A stretch of 64,000 bases of DNA from an uncultured Candidatus Micrarchaeota archaeon (GTDB lineage Archaea; Micrarchaeota; Micrarchaeia; Anstonellales; Bilamarchaeaceae): contig CAWBTT010000004.1 in assembly GCA_963791815.1 (NCBI GenBank), forward strand, positions 66,215 through 130,214. The letters are read 5' to 3'. The translations under genes were made by a program, and so were the position numbers. The notes below the pieces were generated by a model. It did no database searches. It was given only the letters and a program-made list of their open reading frames with translations, and was not told the DNA's origin. This document shows positions 45,584 to 54,811 of this stretch, piece after piece (position 1 is the stretch's first letter; every line of letters starts with the position of its first letter).

Positions 45584-46003
45584 AGTATTCTTCTTAGTAT
45601 AGCTCAGAACCTTGTCATATCCTATATAGTGAGAATATATTGTAACGTCGATTGAGTAGTTATCCGCCTTTGTCTGGTTGTTTGCAAATATCCGTACGGG
45701 GATATCAATACTGTCTCCGGCCTTGAGTTCGCCTGCGCGTTTTTCCATTCCCTTGTTGATGCATGCCTCGTCAAATCCAATCATGGTATCCTTCGGGAGA
45801 AGCGCATCGACTGAGACCAAGTGGGTCTCGGGGGAGACATTCTTCACCTTGATTAGAAGGTCCACTGAATTTTTCTTCATGGCCGTAAGCCGAAGTGGGG
45901 TGAATTTCAGTCCCACATTGAAGGGGTTCATTGATTTCTTCGTCGGCTGCGGCGCTTCCGCGTCATTTTCTTCATCTCCAATAATTGAGTCCCAGAATCC
46001 CAT
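45566..46003 (-). CDS. Hypothetical protein
   Basis: Intact 145-aa ORF. I recognise no motif. Confidence 0.3.
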   Translation of the reverse strand: MGFWDSIIGDEENDAEAPQPTKKSMNPFNVGLKFTPLRLTAMKKNSVDLLIKVKNVSPETHLVSVDALLPKDTMIGFDEACINKGMEKRAGELKAGDSIDIPVRIFANNQTKADNYSIDVTIYSHYIGYDKVLSYTKKNTSLRAV

Positions 46004-46110
46004 TGTATAAACACCTGCAGGGATATTACAGTATCAACATTTTAACTTTACGGCGAGAAGCGCATATTTGAAGAAGTTTTATAATCATTTCCGAAACTAA
46101 GTGAAAAAAG

Positions 46111-47343
46111 GTGTCTAAAATGGAAACACAGCAGATGATAGTTCTTTTTGTAGCTTTGATACTCGTGGCTGCGGCAGTCTATTTCATAATGGTCGCAGAG
46201 CCTTCAGAGATTACTGACCCGCAGGAGAATGATACTGCGCAGCTCAAGGTTGTTGAGGGGCTTCTTTTCAAAGGATTGGAATTCGGAAAGGGAAAAATCG
46301 AATATGTTTATTCATTCAGTGAAACCTCTGACGATTACCAGGTGACATATGTCCTGACAAAGAATGGAAATGTCAGCATGCTGGAAGTCCAGAACCCGCT
46401 TTCTGAGAAGGAGGTTTACTTCCTTGAGAACGACACTGTGCTGTGCGTCAATTACACTGGTTACATCTGCTCTTCAGTAAAGAATGTGGCTGAGGTGGAT
46501 AACTACATTGAAGCTCTGAATGTGAAATTCTTTGACGACAATAGAATTGACAAGGACATGTCAAGCATGAGAATGCTCCTTGATAAGAAATATATTACGC
46601 TTGATTCGGAAATAGTCGAGGGAAGCGAATGCAGCACTTTGAAATACCGGCTTGACTTCTCAAGCCTGACACTGCAGGAGGCTGCCCTTTTCGGAATCAG
46701 CTCGGACTCGCCAAAAATATTTGACTTTGAGATGTGCGTGAGCAACAACACAGGATACCTGCACACAAAGAAATTCAACTACAGCTGGCAAGGTGCAGAG
46801 CACGACTCTGAAATCGAATTGATTTCATTCAAAACAGCGGCGCCGGATATTTCACCCCCTGAAAATGTGAGCCCTGGAGCGGTTGCTGAACTTAGAAAGG
46901 AACGGGAGCAGTCAATCAAACTCGCCAAGTGCTTCACTGATAAAGAAGGGGAAGAACGCGAAAAATGCATCAGCCTGCTCGCACTAGGTATGAAGAATGA
47001 TGACCTTTGTTCGCTTGCAGGAGCAAGAAAGGACAGGTGCCTGGTCTCGCTTGTTCCAGTTCTTGAAGATGCAAATATCTGCCCGAAGATAACAGACGCA
47101 GGATACAAGGACGACTGTTACATTGAACTTGCAGGGGCCTTCAAGAACAACAGCTACTGCTCAAACGTGATGAACACTAGCAAGAGCAGTATCTGTGAGA
47201 ACGCCGCCACACCCCCTCCACCGAAGAACGAGAGCGAGGGTGATTCTGAGTTCGATATTAAGAGCTTCATGGACATGGTTGATAACAACGATGACAACGA
47301 AACCAATTCAACTACGAACATGAGCGGGAACGAATCCAGCTAA
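46111..47343 (+). CDS. Membrane-anchored extracellular protein with a Cys-rich C-terminal region
   Basis: N-terminal TM VLFVALILVAAAVYFIMV, several N-x-S/T sites and repeated C....C spacing near the C-terminus. Confidence 0.35.
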   Translation: MSKMETQQMIVLFVALILVAAAVYFIMVAEPSEITDPQENDTAQLKVVEGLLFKGLEFGKGKIEYVYSFSETSDDYQVTYVLTKNGNVSMLEVQNPLSEKEVYFLENDTVLCVNYTGYICSSVKNVAEVDNYIEALNVKFFDDNRIDKDMSSMRMLLDKKYITLDSEIVEGSECSTLKYRLDFSSLTLQEAALFGISSDSPKIFDFEMCVSNNTGYLHTKKFNYSWQGAEHDSEIELISFKTAAPDISPPENVSPGAVAELRKEREQSIKLAKCFTDKEGEEREKCISLLALGMKNDDLCSLAGARKDRCLVSLVPVLEDANICPKITDAGYKDDCYIELAGAFKNNSYCSNVMNTSKSSICENAATPPPPKNESEGDSEFDIKSFMDMVDNNDDNETNSTTNMSGNESS

Positions 47344-47372
47344 TTCTTTAACTTTTTCTTAGAGAGAGTTGC

Positions 47373-48539
47373 ATGAAGGTCGTTCTTTTTACCGACACTT
47401 ACCTCCCTCAGATGAATGGGGTGGTATCATACCTTTCAGATGCAGTCTCAGAACTTTGCAAACGGCACGAGGTTGTGCTTTTTGCACCTGGGGACAAACG
47501 GCTCAAGGTTGAAAGAAAAAAGAACCTGAAAATCTACTGGATACCCTCATCAGCATTCCCGTTTTATGAAGGGTATCGGATTGCATCGATGAATTACAAA
47601 CGTATAAGCAACCTCCTGAAAAAAGAGAATCCTGATGTTGTGCATGCACATGCTCCGGTTGTTCTTGGCGTGCAGGGAATAATATCTGCAAAGAGGAAGA
47701 AGATACCGGTTGTCGTCACACACCACACCCATTTTCCTGATTATGTTCCTCATTTGCTCAACGGAAAGCTGCCAAAGGCGCTGGACAGTTTCAGCGGGCT
47801 TGGCGTAAAGAAACTCATCAAACAGGTGTACAAACGAGCCGATGTTGTAACTGCGCCAACACAGGAGCTGGTTGATGAACTGAGTTCCTACGGCCTGAAA
47901 AACGTGGTCCAGCTGCCAAACGGGATAAAGCTCGCAAAGTTCAGGGCAGGGAAAAAGGCCGCTCTTGATTTTCGAAAAAATCATGAAATCCCAAAAAGCA
48001 GGAAGGTGGTGCTTTATCTGGGCAGGATAAGTTTTGAGAAAAAATTGGACGTGCTTCTCCACGCATTCAGAATGATAGAGAAGAAAAATTTTATGCTTGT
48101 CATAGCAGGCCAGGGCCCATACCTGGAAAATGTGAAAAAACTCGCAGGAACCCTTGGAATCAAAAACATACGATTCACCGGGTTCCTCTCGGATAATGAG
48201 GTTGCTGCTGCGTATGCTGCTGCGGATGTTTTCGCATCCCCCTCAGATACTGAGACATTCGGCCTGACATTCGTCGAAGCGATGGATTCCTGCCTGCCAG
48301 TTGTCGGAGTGTCCATGTTCGGGGCAAAGGAAATCATCAAAAACGGAAAAACAGGCTTCCTTGTCCCTCCTGGCAATACCAGGAAATTCGCCAAAGCACT
48401 TGAAAAGCTCCTCAAAGACGGAAAGCTTCGAAGAAAATTTGGTGAGGCTGGCAAGGAGAGGGCAAAGAGATATTCCTTGGCCAATAGCATAAAAAAAACA
48501 GAATCAATCTATGTTAAGGTGAAAAAATCTATACAATAG
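47373..48539 (+). CDS. GT4-family glycosyltransferase
   Basis: The N-terminus has the GT4 pattern. ETFGLTFVEAMDSCLPVVG is an E-x7-E-type motif. Confidence 0.8.
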   Translation: MKVVLFTDTYLPQMNGVVSYLSDAVSELCKRHEVVLFAPGDKRLKVERKKNLKIYWIPSSAFPFYEGYRIASMNYKRISNLLKKENPDVVHAHAPVVLGVQGIISAKRKKIPVVVTHHTHFPDYVPHLLNGKLPKALDSFSGLGVKKLIKQVYKRADVVTAPTQELVDELSSYGLKNVVQLPNGIKLAKFRAGKKAALDFRKNHEIPKSRKVVLYLGRISFEKKLDVLLHAFRMIEKKNFMLVIAGQGPYLENVKKLAGTLGIKNIRFTGFLSDNEVAAAYAAADVFASPSDTETFGLTFVEAMDSCLPVVGVSMFGAKEIIKNGKTGFLVPPGNTRKFAKALEKLLKDGKLRRKFGEAGKERAKRYSLANSIKKTESIYVKVKKSIQ

Positions 48540-48997
48540 TTGGTGTTGATGCCGGCATAAAGACCGGTTTTGCGGTTCTTGACCTTAATGGAAAACTAAT
48601 TGATACTGGATCTGTAAAGGAAGCCAGCGATGAACATATTGTAAGGGAGATTATCCGCAGTGGAATCCCAGTCCTGATTGCCTCTGATACCTCTCCCCCA
48701 TCCCATTTTGTGCAGAAAATAGCTGCCAGGTTCAATGTCAGGGTGTTTTCGCCAAAGGAAAGCCTCACCAGGGTTGAGAAAAGAATCATAGGCAAGGGAA
48801 TTGATGATGTTCACATCAGAGACTCCTATGCGGCCGCTGTGAAGGCCTACAGAAGGTATCAGAATCGCCTGCGGCAGATTGAGGCAATGGAAGTTCGGGA
48901 AAAGGATGAATTGAAGAAGATGGTCATTATCGGGGAGAAGATTGGCGGGAAACTTGGGAATGGTTATAATTCACATAAAAATGAGGCAAAGGTTTAA
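48518..48997 (+). CDS. DUF460-like (RNase H-fold) protein with no canonical start codon
   Basis: IVGVDAGIKTGFAVLDLNGKLID...PVLIASDTSPPSHFVQKIAARFN is in the frame that opens at 48518. There is no ATG, GTG or TTG before 48710. GTG 48519 is one frame off, across an A6 run. Confidence 0.4.
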   Translation, partial: GEKIYTIVGVDAGIKTGFAVLDLNGKLIDTGSVKEASDEHIVREIIRSGIPVLIASDTSPPSHFVQKIAARFNVRVFSPKESLTRVEKRIIGKGIDDVHIRDSYAAAVKAYRRYQNRLRQIEAMEVREKDELKKMVIIGEKIGGKLGNGYNSHKNEAKV

Positions 48998-49026
48998 ATA
49001 GGAAAATCGTTCCATTTCTACACCTG

Positions 49027-49815
49027 GTGATTATCTTGGTAAGAAAAAAAACTCCTAATACGAAAAAAACTATTAAAACAAAGAAAAAGGCGGTTCCAAA
49101 ATTGAAAAAGGTCCGCAAAACTGCTCCTAAAAGCAAGAAAACTATGAAGAAAGTCAAAGTTAAGAAATCCGCAGTAAAGAAAGTAGTGAAGAAGGCAGTG
49201 AAGAAAAAACCAATCAAAAAGAAACCAATACCAGAAAAGCCAACGTTCGAGAGTAGGAAATCCAGAATAATGAGAAGGAGAGACCTCAAGCCAGAAGTAA
49301 TCATAAAGAAGCCTACGGCTGAGCAGATTAAGGAAATGAAGAGGATTACACGCGTTTTGGGTGATGCTTATATCAGACAAAGCCTCATTGACGTTGGCGG
49401 GGAGAACGCTCTTGCCATAGTAAGAAACTTCTATGGAAACCATAGCGATGAGGAATTGGCAAAGAAATTGAAGATTAAAATCAGCGATGTTCGGGCCACT
49501 TTGAACAAACTCCACAACGAGGGATTAGTTAACTACGCACGGGCCAAGGACAGCGAAACAGGATGGTACTCATACAGCTGGACACTCAACAAAAACAGGA
49601 TGGAGAAGTGGGCAAGCTCCCAGGTAAGCAAGCTCCCAGGCGAAGGGGCTGGCGATGGAGAAAAATACTACTGCCCCTCATGCGGTGCCTCAACAATTAC
49701 CGGTTTTGAGGATGCAATGTCAGGTGATTTCAGATGCACCCACTGCAACAGGATGCTCGAATTTTTGGATGGTGCCAAAATGGCAGAGATTTTTGAGCGA
49801 AGAAGATTCCAATGA
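49027..49815 (+). CDS. tfe: Transcription factor E (TFE alpha) with a ~95-aa Lys-rich N-terminal extension
   Basis: The winged helix is DEELAKKLKIKISDVRATLNKLHNEGLVNYARAKDSETGWYSYSW. The Zn ribbon is YYCPSCG...FRCTHCN. GGTGA lies just before in-frame TTG 49036. Confidence 0.75.
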   Translation: MIILVRKKTPNTKKTIKTKKKAVPKLKKVRKTAPKSKKTMKKVKVKKSAVKKVVKKAVKKKPIKKKPIPEKPTFESRKSRIMRRRDLKPEVIIKKPTAEQIKEMKRITRVLGDAYIRQSLIDVGGENALAIVRNFYGNHSDEELAKKLKIKISDVRATLNKLHNEGLVNYARAKDSETGWYSYSWTLNKNRMEKWASSQVSKLPGEGAGDGEKYYCPSCGASTITGFEDAMSGDFRCTHCNRMLEFLDGAKMAEIFERRRFQ

Positions 49816-50192
49816 AAGTCCAGGAACTTAATTCTTACCTCGTTCTTTTCAACAAGGACAGGCTGCTTATTGTAAAACGGGATAACGACCTCTGGGAATT
49901 CCCAGGAGGCGGGGTTGAGTGGGGGGAAGACCCTCAGAAGGCCGCAATCCGGGAAACCAAGGAAGAGACTGGCCTGGACGCTACAAATGTCAGGATGCTC
50001 ACGGTCACATCTGCGACATACGAAAAGGGAGAGGATGAGAAACACTCCGTCTATGTTGTTTACAAGGGAGAAACTGATTCTGAAGATGTAAAATTATCAG
50101 GTGAGCACAAGGAATACCGCTGGCTCACCCTGACAGAAGCAAGGTTCATGAAGCTTGCCCTCAATGCAGAGGGCGTGCTTGAGCTTCTATAA
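49812..50192 (+). CDS. NUDIX hydrolase
   Basis: Nudix box GGGVEWGEDPQKAAIRETKEETGL. Confidence 0.8.
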   Translation: MKVQELNSYLVLFNKDRLLIVKRDNDLWEFPGGGVEWGEDPQKAAIRETKEETGLDATNVRMLTVTSATYEKGEDEKHSVYVVYKGETDSEDVKLSGEHKEYRWLTLTEARFMKLALNAEGVLELL

Positions 50193-50318
50193 CATTAGAA
50201 GGAAGATGGAATTTTTCTTGAGAGAAAATCTCATGATATAACCCATTACTGGCAAATGTGGGACATTTTTAAATTATATGGCACAAATTATCCCATATAA
50301 CAACACTTCGGTGATGTA

Positions 50319-50942
50319 ATGGGTAGACAAAAGGGTAGAGAATCTAGTGCAAACACAGCAAATGGAAGATGCTTCCCTAAAAATATCAAAGGGGGCGGAC
50401 CGGACACCATAGTCCGTTCATATAATACAAGGCTAGCACCTAAAGAAACTGGAAAAGGAATAGATGAGGACTTTAGACTCTCCCGTGAGCTTCAAGAGGC
50501 TGTAAAGGGAAATGATGTTGAAAAAGTAAAAACACTTATTTCTGAAGGAGCTGATGTTAATTTCAGAACACAAGTCAGCAAGACAACCCCTCTCATGATT
50601 GCATGTTGTCGTGAATTCAAAGAAATCACAGAGATATTGATTGAGAATGGGGCCGATGTGAATGATATCAAGGACCCACATGCAACTGAAGAATGGCCAG
50701 TATCATTAAATCCTGGGATAACTGCACTGATTCTCGCAGCATCAAACGGAGATGCAGAGATTGTGGAACTCCTTTTATTAGCGGGTGCGGATAAGGGTTA
50801 TGTTGGGTCAGGTGGTTTTACTGCTGAGGGTTTCGCACGTATTCTTTATCAATTTCATCAGGATCAACATCTTAGAGAAATTGTAAATGTTGTTGATATC
50901 CAAAGGATTATTGATATCCTTAGTCGCTCAGAGCAGGATTAG
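50319..50942 (+). CDS. Ankyrin-repeat protein
   Basis: Repeats include VKTLISEGADVNF, TPLMIAC...ILIENGADVN and TALILAASNGDAEIVELLLLAGAD. Confidence 0.7.
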   Translation: MGRQKGRESSANTANGRCFPKNIKGGGPDTIVRSYNTRLAPKETGKGIDEDFRLSRELQEAVKGNDVEKVKTLISEGADVNFRTQVSKTTPLMIACCREFKEITEILIENGADVNDIKDPHATEEWPVSLNPGITALILAASNGDAEIVELLLLAGADKGYVGSGGFTAEGFARILYQFHQDQHLREIVNVVDIQRIIDILSRSEQD

Positions 50943-53500
50943 ACGCTCTTGAACTCTTTTATCATATCCTCAAGCTCTTCAGTAGTCTGGAAAATGAGAG
51001 ACTTGCTGTCTGATTCCATTTTGAGTATGAGCGGGGCTACTGAGGGCGATGAGTTGAGAAGCGATGTGAATTGCTGCTTCTCATGCTCACTCTGGAACAT
51101 GATTATCGTGATTCCCTTGTTTATGGAATGGAGGACCTGCTTGAACATCGATTCCACATCACCATGCTTGTCAAAGAAGTGGAGATACATCTGCTGTCCC
51201 ACGACTGTGATGACGCTGTCTGCTTCCTTTGATTCGCCCATTCCGGTGAATGGGACCGCGTTGTTCACGCAGATATCCCTCAGCCTTCGAAGGAGCACGA
51301 GGTAGTCCATGCTGCGCTTGGATTTTGCTTCCCAGCTGGCAAGACCATAGTACCCAAGAGACCCTTTCACTTTGTTCTTTTTCTCAAGCTCATCGAGCAG
51401 ATACTCGACATTGTAATCAGTAATGAGAATGGGCCTTCCTTGGTAGAATATCGTCTTGAAACCATTCTTTATCTCTGGCGGCGTGAGCGGGGTGTTTTCC
51501 CAGCGGTAATTCTCATTAATCTTCTGGAAGAGGCTCAAGACCACATCAGGCGAAAGCGGCACCCTCGACCTTGTAACAGGCGGGAAGTGCGGGATGTCTA
51601 TTGAGTAGTAAATTTCTTCCTGCCGGGCGAAAATTGCACCAATACCAACTACACCCCCAGTAAGTATAACGACCACCCAGAAGAGAGGGTCATCGAATAT
51701 TGTCCGCTGTTTTGTATGGACAACTGGAACGTCGAGTGTCAGGGCGCCTGAAGTGAATTCAAATGAATGGTTTCCTAGGGGGAGGAACTGCCCGTCGGTT
51801 CTGCCCCCGACATCAATAATCATGGTATCCACATTGCTGAATGTGTATGTGCCGTAAGAGCCTTCATCAACAATCACGCTGACAGAGCCAAGAGTAACCG
51901 CTGCTCCGTCCATAGTCACCTCGAACTTGTACATGGACGGCTTTGCGCCATAACCAGTATGGTCTATGTCGATTGAAACGACCTTCATGTATGACTGCGT
52001 GTAGACTTTGCTCTCATCATCCATGAGGGAGACTATGTATTCTCCTTTCTCAACATAGACTGCAATGTCGAATGAACGGTCAGCCTGGACATTTACAAGG
52101 CCCTGCGGGAATGTTGCCACTTCCTGGCCCTCAGTATCAGTGATTATGAGGAACATCTCTGGTTGCGCTGCCTGTGGCTCCTTTAGAATGGCATTGAACC
52201 TGGCACGCTCCTGAGTAATGTTTGTGGAGACCACCTTCACCCCTTTTTCTATGAAGAGCTCGTTGGCGTGGTCCTTCTCAAGAGAGATGTAACGTATTTC
52301 CTTGATTGGGAAGTTTGATGCTGGAGAAAATCCTGTGAACTCCACCCTTATTGTGGCGTTTGGATCATCGAATGTATTTGTGAAGAAGTAACTCGAACCA
52401 TTGAGTTCGTCAGTTTCATCGAAAACGTATTTTTTGGTATCTGCGCTGGGTTTTGCCCATGGGGTTTCGATTACTATGCGTGCAATATCATTTGCAGCAG
52501 CTTCATAGCTTCCCCTCCATCCACCATCCAGAGTCTGTGGAAGGAAGACGAATGCGCCGTCGCCTTTTTTGACTGCGCTGACTGAGCCGTAAACGAGTTC
52601 GCTTTCCCATTGCCCTTTCCCAATTGCACGGTAGAGAGGCTGGAATAGAGTGAAATTGTCTTTGGATGAAATCTGGGTCGCCTGGTCAAATGTGATTGAG
52701 AATTGTGACAAATCCAAAGTAGGAGTTGACATGACAAGGGTTCCGTTGAGAATCTTTGTGAAAGGCTGCCCCACATATATTACTACGATTCCGCGTTCAG
52801 CCAGTTTGTTTGGTGTGATGAGACTGTCGTATCCAAGAATTTCTTTTGGAATGACACCGCTTGGAATTATCACAATTGCCCCCTGGGGCAGTGTTTCAAG
52901 TTCCTTGATTGTTATCTCATTGAGAACGATTTGGCGTGTTGAAAGGTTTGCTCTGAGCACCCTGATGAAGTCAGGGTATGTAGTTGCCTCTATCTTCTCA
53001 CTGTTGAGTATGAAGACGTCCGAGGGAATTCTGTCGTCGTATGGAGTAAGTTCAATGGTGTAATTTGCCAGGTTCTCGGTTTCGTAATCAATAAAAACCC
53101 CAGCAGTATATTCAGGGCTTCCACGTTTTCCAGAACTAAGCACTTCACCACTTACAAGAGTGTTCTGGATGGTTGGTTTGTCAAGCTGCGGTTCGAACTC
53201 TCCTGCACCTGCAAGAACCTGGGTGGTGAGGAAAAGCCAGCCGAGAGCGAGTATAATCACAGCGACTAGAACCGCTGCCCCAAAGACCATGAAGTTGAAT
53301 CCTCCGGGCGGAGGCGCTTCTGTGAGATCGGGTTTTTTCTCTTCCTTTTTAGGAGGATTTATTATTGCTTTTATCGCGTCCTTGATTTTCTCAATTGGCG
53401 GGCGTTCCACTATCTTGTAGTGATTCTCGTACTCGAACTTGTGCTTAAGCTCGAATTTGTATGTCTTTCTCGTGATTTTCGCCTTTTTTACGTCCGCCAT
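50939..53500 (-). CDS. Operon gene 5: 853-aa bitopic membrane protein with a large extracellular domain and ~215-aa cytoplasmic C-domain
   Basis: TM1 is FMVFGAAVLVAVIILALGWLFL (about aa 70-91). TM2 is LFWVVVILTGGVVGIGAIF (about aa 615-635). I recognise no family motif. Confidence 0.45.
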   Translation of the reverse strand: MADVKKAKITRKTYKFELKHKFEYENHYKIVERPPIEKIKDAIKAIINPPKKEEKKPDLTEAPPPGGFNFMVFGAAVLVAVIILALGWLFLTTQVLAGAGEFEPQLDKPTIQNTLVSGEVLSSGKRGSPEYTAGVFIDYETENLANYTIELTPYDDRIPSDVFILNSEKIEATTYPDFIRVLRANLSTRQIVLNEITIKELETLPQGAIVIIPSGVIPKEILGYDSLITPNKLAERGIVVIYVGQPFTKILNGTLVMSTPTLDLSQFSITFDQATQISSKDNFTLFQPLYRAIGKGQWESELVYGSVSAVKKGDGAFVFLPQTLDGGWRGSYEAAANDIARIVIETPWAKPSADTKKYVFDETDELNGSSYFFTNTFDDPNATIRVEFTGFSPASNFPIKEIRYISLEKDHANELFIEKGVKVVSTNITQERARFNAILKEPQAAQPEMFLIITDTEGQEVATFPQGLVNVQADRSFDIAVYVEKGEYIVSLMDDESKVYTQSYMKVVSIDIDHTGYGAKPSMYKFEVTMDGAAVTLGSVSVIVDEGSYGTYTFSNVDTMIIDVGGRTDGQFLPLGNHSFEFTSGALTLDVPVVHTKQRTIFDDPLFWVVVILTGGVVGIGAIFARQEEIYYSIDIPHFPPVTRSRVPLSPDVVLSLFQKINENYRWENTPLTPPEIKNGFKTIFYQGRPILITDYNVEYLLDELEKKNKVKGSLGYYGLASWEAKSKRSMDYLVLLRRLRDICVNNAVPFTGMGESKEADSVITVVGQQMYLHFFDKHGDVESMFKQVLHSINKGITIIMFQSEHEKQQFTSLLNSSPSVAPLILKMESDSKSLIFQTTEELEDMIKEFKSV

Positions 53501-53502
53501 GA

Positions 53503-54300
53503 CTATCTGACCACTTCAAGATATCCTTCGCTCACCAGGCGGTTAAGAGCCTCCTCAACTTTTGCCTCTGCAACTTTATGCAGTCTGGAGAACTCTGCAA
53601 TGTTTATTGAGCCGCTGTGCTCCATAATCCATTCCTGGAGTTTTGCCTTGAGCGCATTCTCAGAAAGCGCCGAGAGTTCGTGCACCTGAAGTTTCAGGGC
53701 ATCGTTCTCTGATTTCAGTTCATAATTGCTGGTTGTAAGAGCCTGGCCCTGTTCAGTTAGCCGGTCAACCTTGCGCTTGTAATCATTTACTTCCTTTTTG
53801 AGGGAATCGTAGTTTGTGAACAGCTTGGTGTAGTCCATTGTAACTGAACTGGAAAGCTGCTGAATCGAGTTCTCGATAAGCTGGTAAAGTGTTTTTTGGT
53901 CCACTTGATAGTCAGATTCGATGAGCGAGAGGATGTTGAGCAGGTAACGTATCACATCAACCTTTCTTTTCCTTGGGCTGATTTCCGGGGGGATTGTATA
54001 CATTACCTCGACTTCTTTTTCGCGGAGTTTCACAATTGAGAAGAGGTACGGATTCTTGTCAATATCCCTGCTCTCCACATAAATGACATTGAGCGCTTCT
54101 TTTTCAGGCGCGATTTCAAGGAATGAGATTGAGCGCAGTGTTGATGCGAGGTCTTTCAATTTTCCTTTTTTGAGTTTCCCAGTTAGCTTGAATCCATCAA
54201 CCTGCGGAGGATGTGTTGATTCTACCGGCTGCGGGCCGCTGCTTGCAGGTACTTCTCCTTTACTTGGCTCTTTTTTCTTTTTCGGAAGCGGGAGTGCCAT
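53503..54300 (-). CDS. Operon gene 4: coiled-coil protein with a C-terminal winged-helix-like domain
   Basis: There is a heptad-rich stretch, KKEVNDYKRKVDRLTEQGQALTTSNYELKSENDALKLQVHEL. The C-terminus is INIAEFSRLHKVAEAKVEEALNRLVSEGYLEVV. Confidence 0.4.
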   Translation of the reverse strand: MALPLPKKKKEPSKGEVPASSGPQPVESTHPPQVDGFKLTGKLKKGKLKDLASTLRSISFLEIAPEKEALNVIYVESRDIDKNPYLFSIVKLREKEVEVMYTIPPEISPRKRKVDVIRYLLNILSLIESDYQVDQKTLYQLIENSIQQLSSSVTMDYTKLFTNYDSLKKEVNDYKRKVDRLTEQGQALTTSNYELKSENDALKLQVHELSALSENALKAKLQEWIMEHSGSINIAEFSRLHKVAEAKVEEALNRLVSEGYLEVVR

Positions 54301-54304
54301 TCAT

Positions 54305-54805
54305 TCACCTTTTCTTTTTTGGTTTCTTTGCCGGTTTCTTCTTGACGGTTTTCTTTGCAGACTTCTTCGGGGCTTTCTGTACCACTGCAGTCTGCATTGG
54401 CTGTGCTTCCTGCACAGGCGGAGGCGCGACGTTTCCGACGACTATCGGATCCCTTGCCTCGATTGCAGGGGAATACTTGAACAAAGGCAGTGCAAGAACA
54501 AATCCTGAGATTATGAACGCAGATGCGATTGCCCAAAGGTCAAAGCGACCGCTTAATACCAGTGAGAATATTACAACTACAATAATAAGGCCGGCGAAAA
54601 CACTTGCAAAGAGCAGGCTTTTCTCAAAGCCGCGCCTTCTTTTTTTGTGTTCCTCAAGATGAGGCACTGACACGTAAAGCTGATTCATCTGGGCAATCCC
54701 AAAGAATTTTTTGACTGCCCGAATGGTTTTTATGACCCTATCATCCTGGACCGGAATAGCAAGCTGGCCATCCACGCTCTTCTGGGTATATATGCAGATT
54801 CTCAT
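54305..54805 (-). CDS. Operon gene 3: small 2-TM protein with a Lys-rich C-terminal tail
   Basis: Helices LLFASVFAGLIIVVVIFSLVL and WAIASAFIISGFVLALPLF. The tail is KAPKKSAKKTVKKKPAKKPKKKR. Confidence 0.4.
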   Translation of the reverse strand: MRICIYTQKSVDGQLAIPVQDDRVIKTIRAVKKFFGIAQMNQLYVSVPHLEEHKKRRRGFEKSLLFASVFAGLIIVVVIFSLVLSGRFDLWAIASAFIISGFVLALPLFKYSPAIEARDPIVVGNVAPPPVQEAQPMQTAVVQKAPKKSAKKTVKKKPAKKPKKKR

Positions 54806-54811
54806 CTTAAA

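Noticed and set aside
49040-49260. Repetitive AAG/AAA-rich DNA that might be a tandem repeat or CRISPR-like array
   Set aside because: There is no fixed repeat unit or spacer periodicity. It is low-complexity lysine coding in frame with TFE.
48927-49515. Two overlapping minus-strand ORFs (125 and 165 aa), Phe/Leu-rich
   Set aside because: They are antisense of the Lys-rich (AAR codon) N-terminal region of the TFE gene, so they are a compositional artefact.
54083-54662. Plus-strand ORFs of 141 and 149 aa
   Set aside because: They are antisense to operon genes 3 and 4. Their Phe/Cys/Leu-rich translations mirror the Lys/Glu-rich sense strand.
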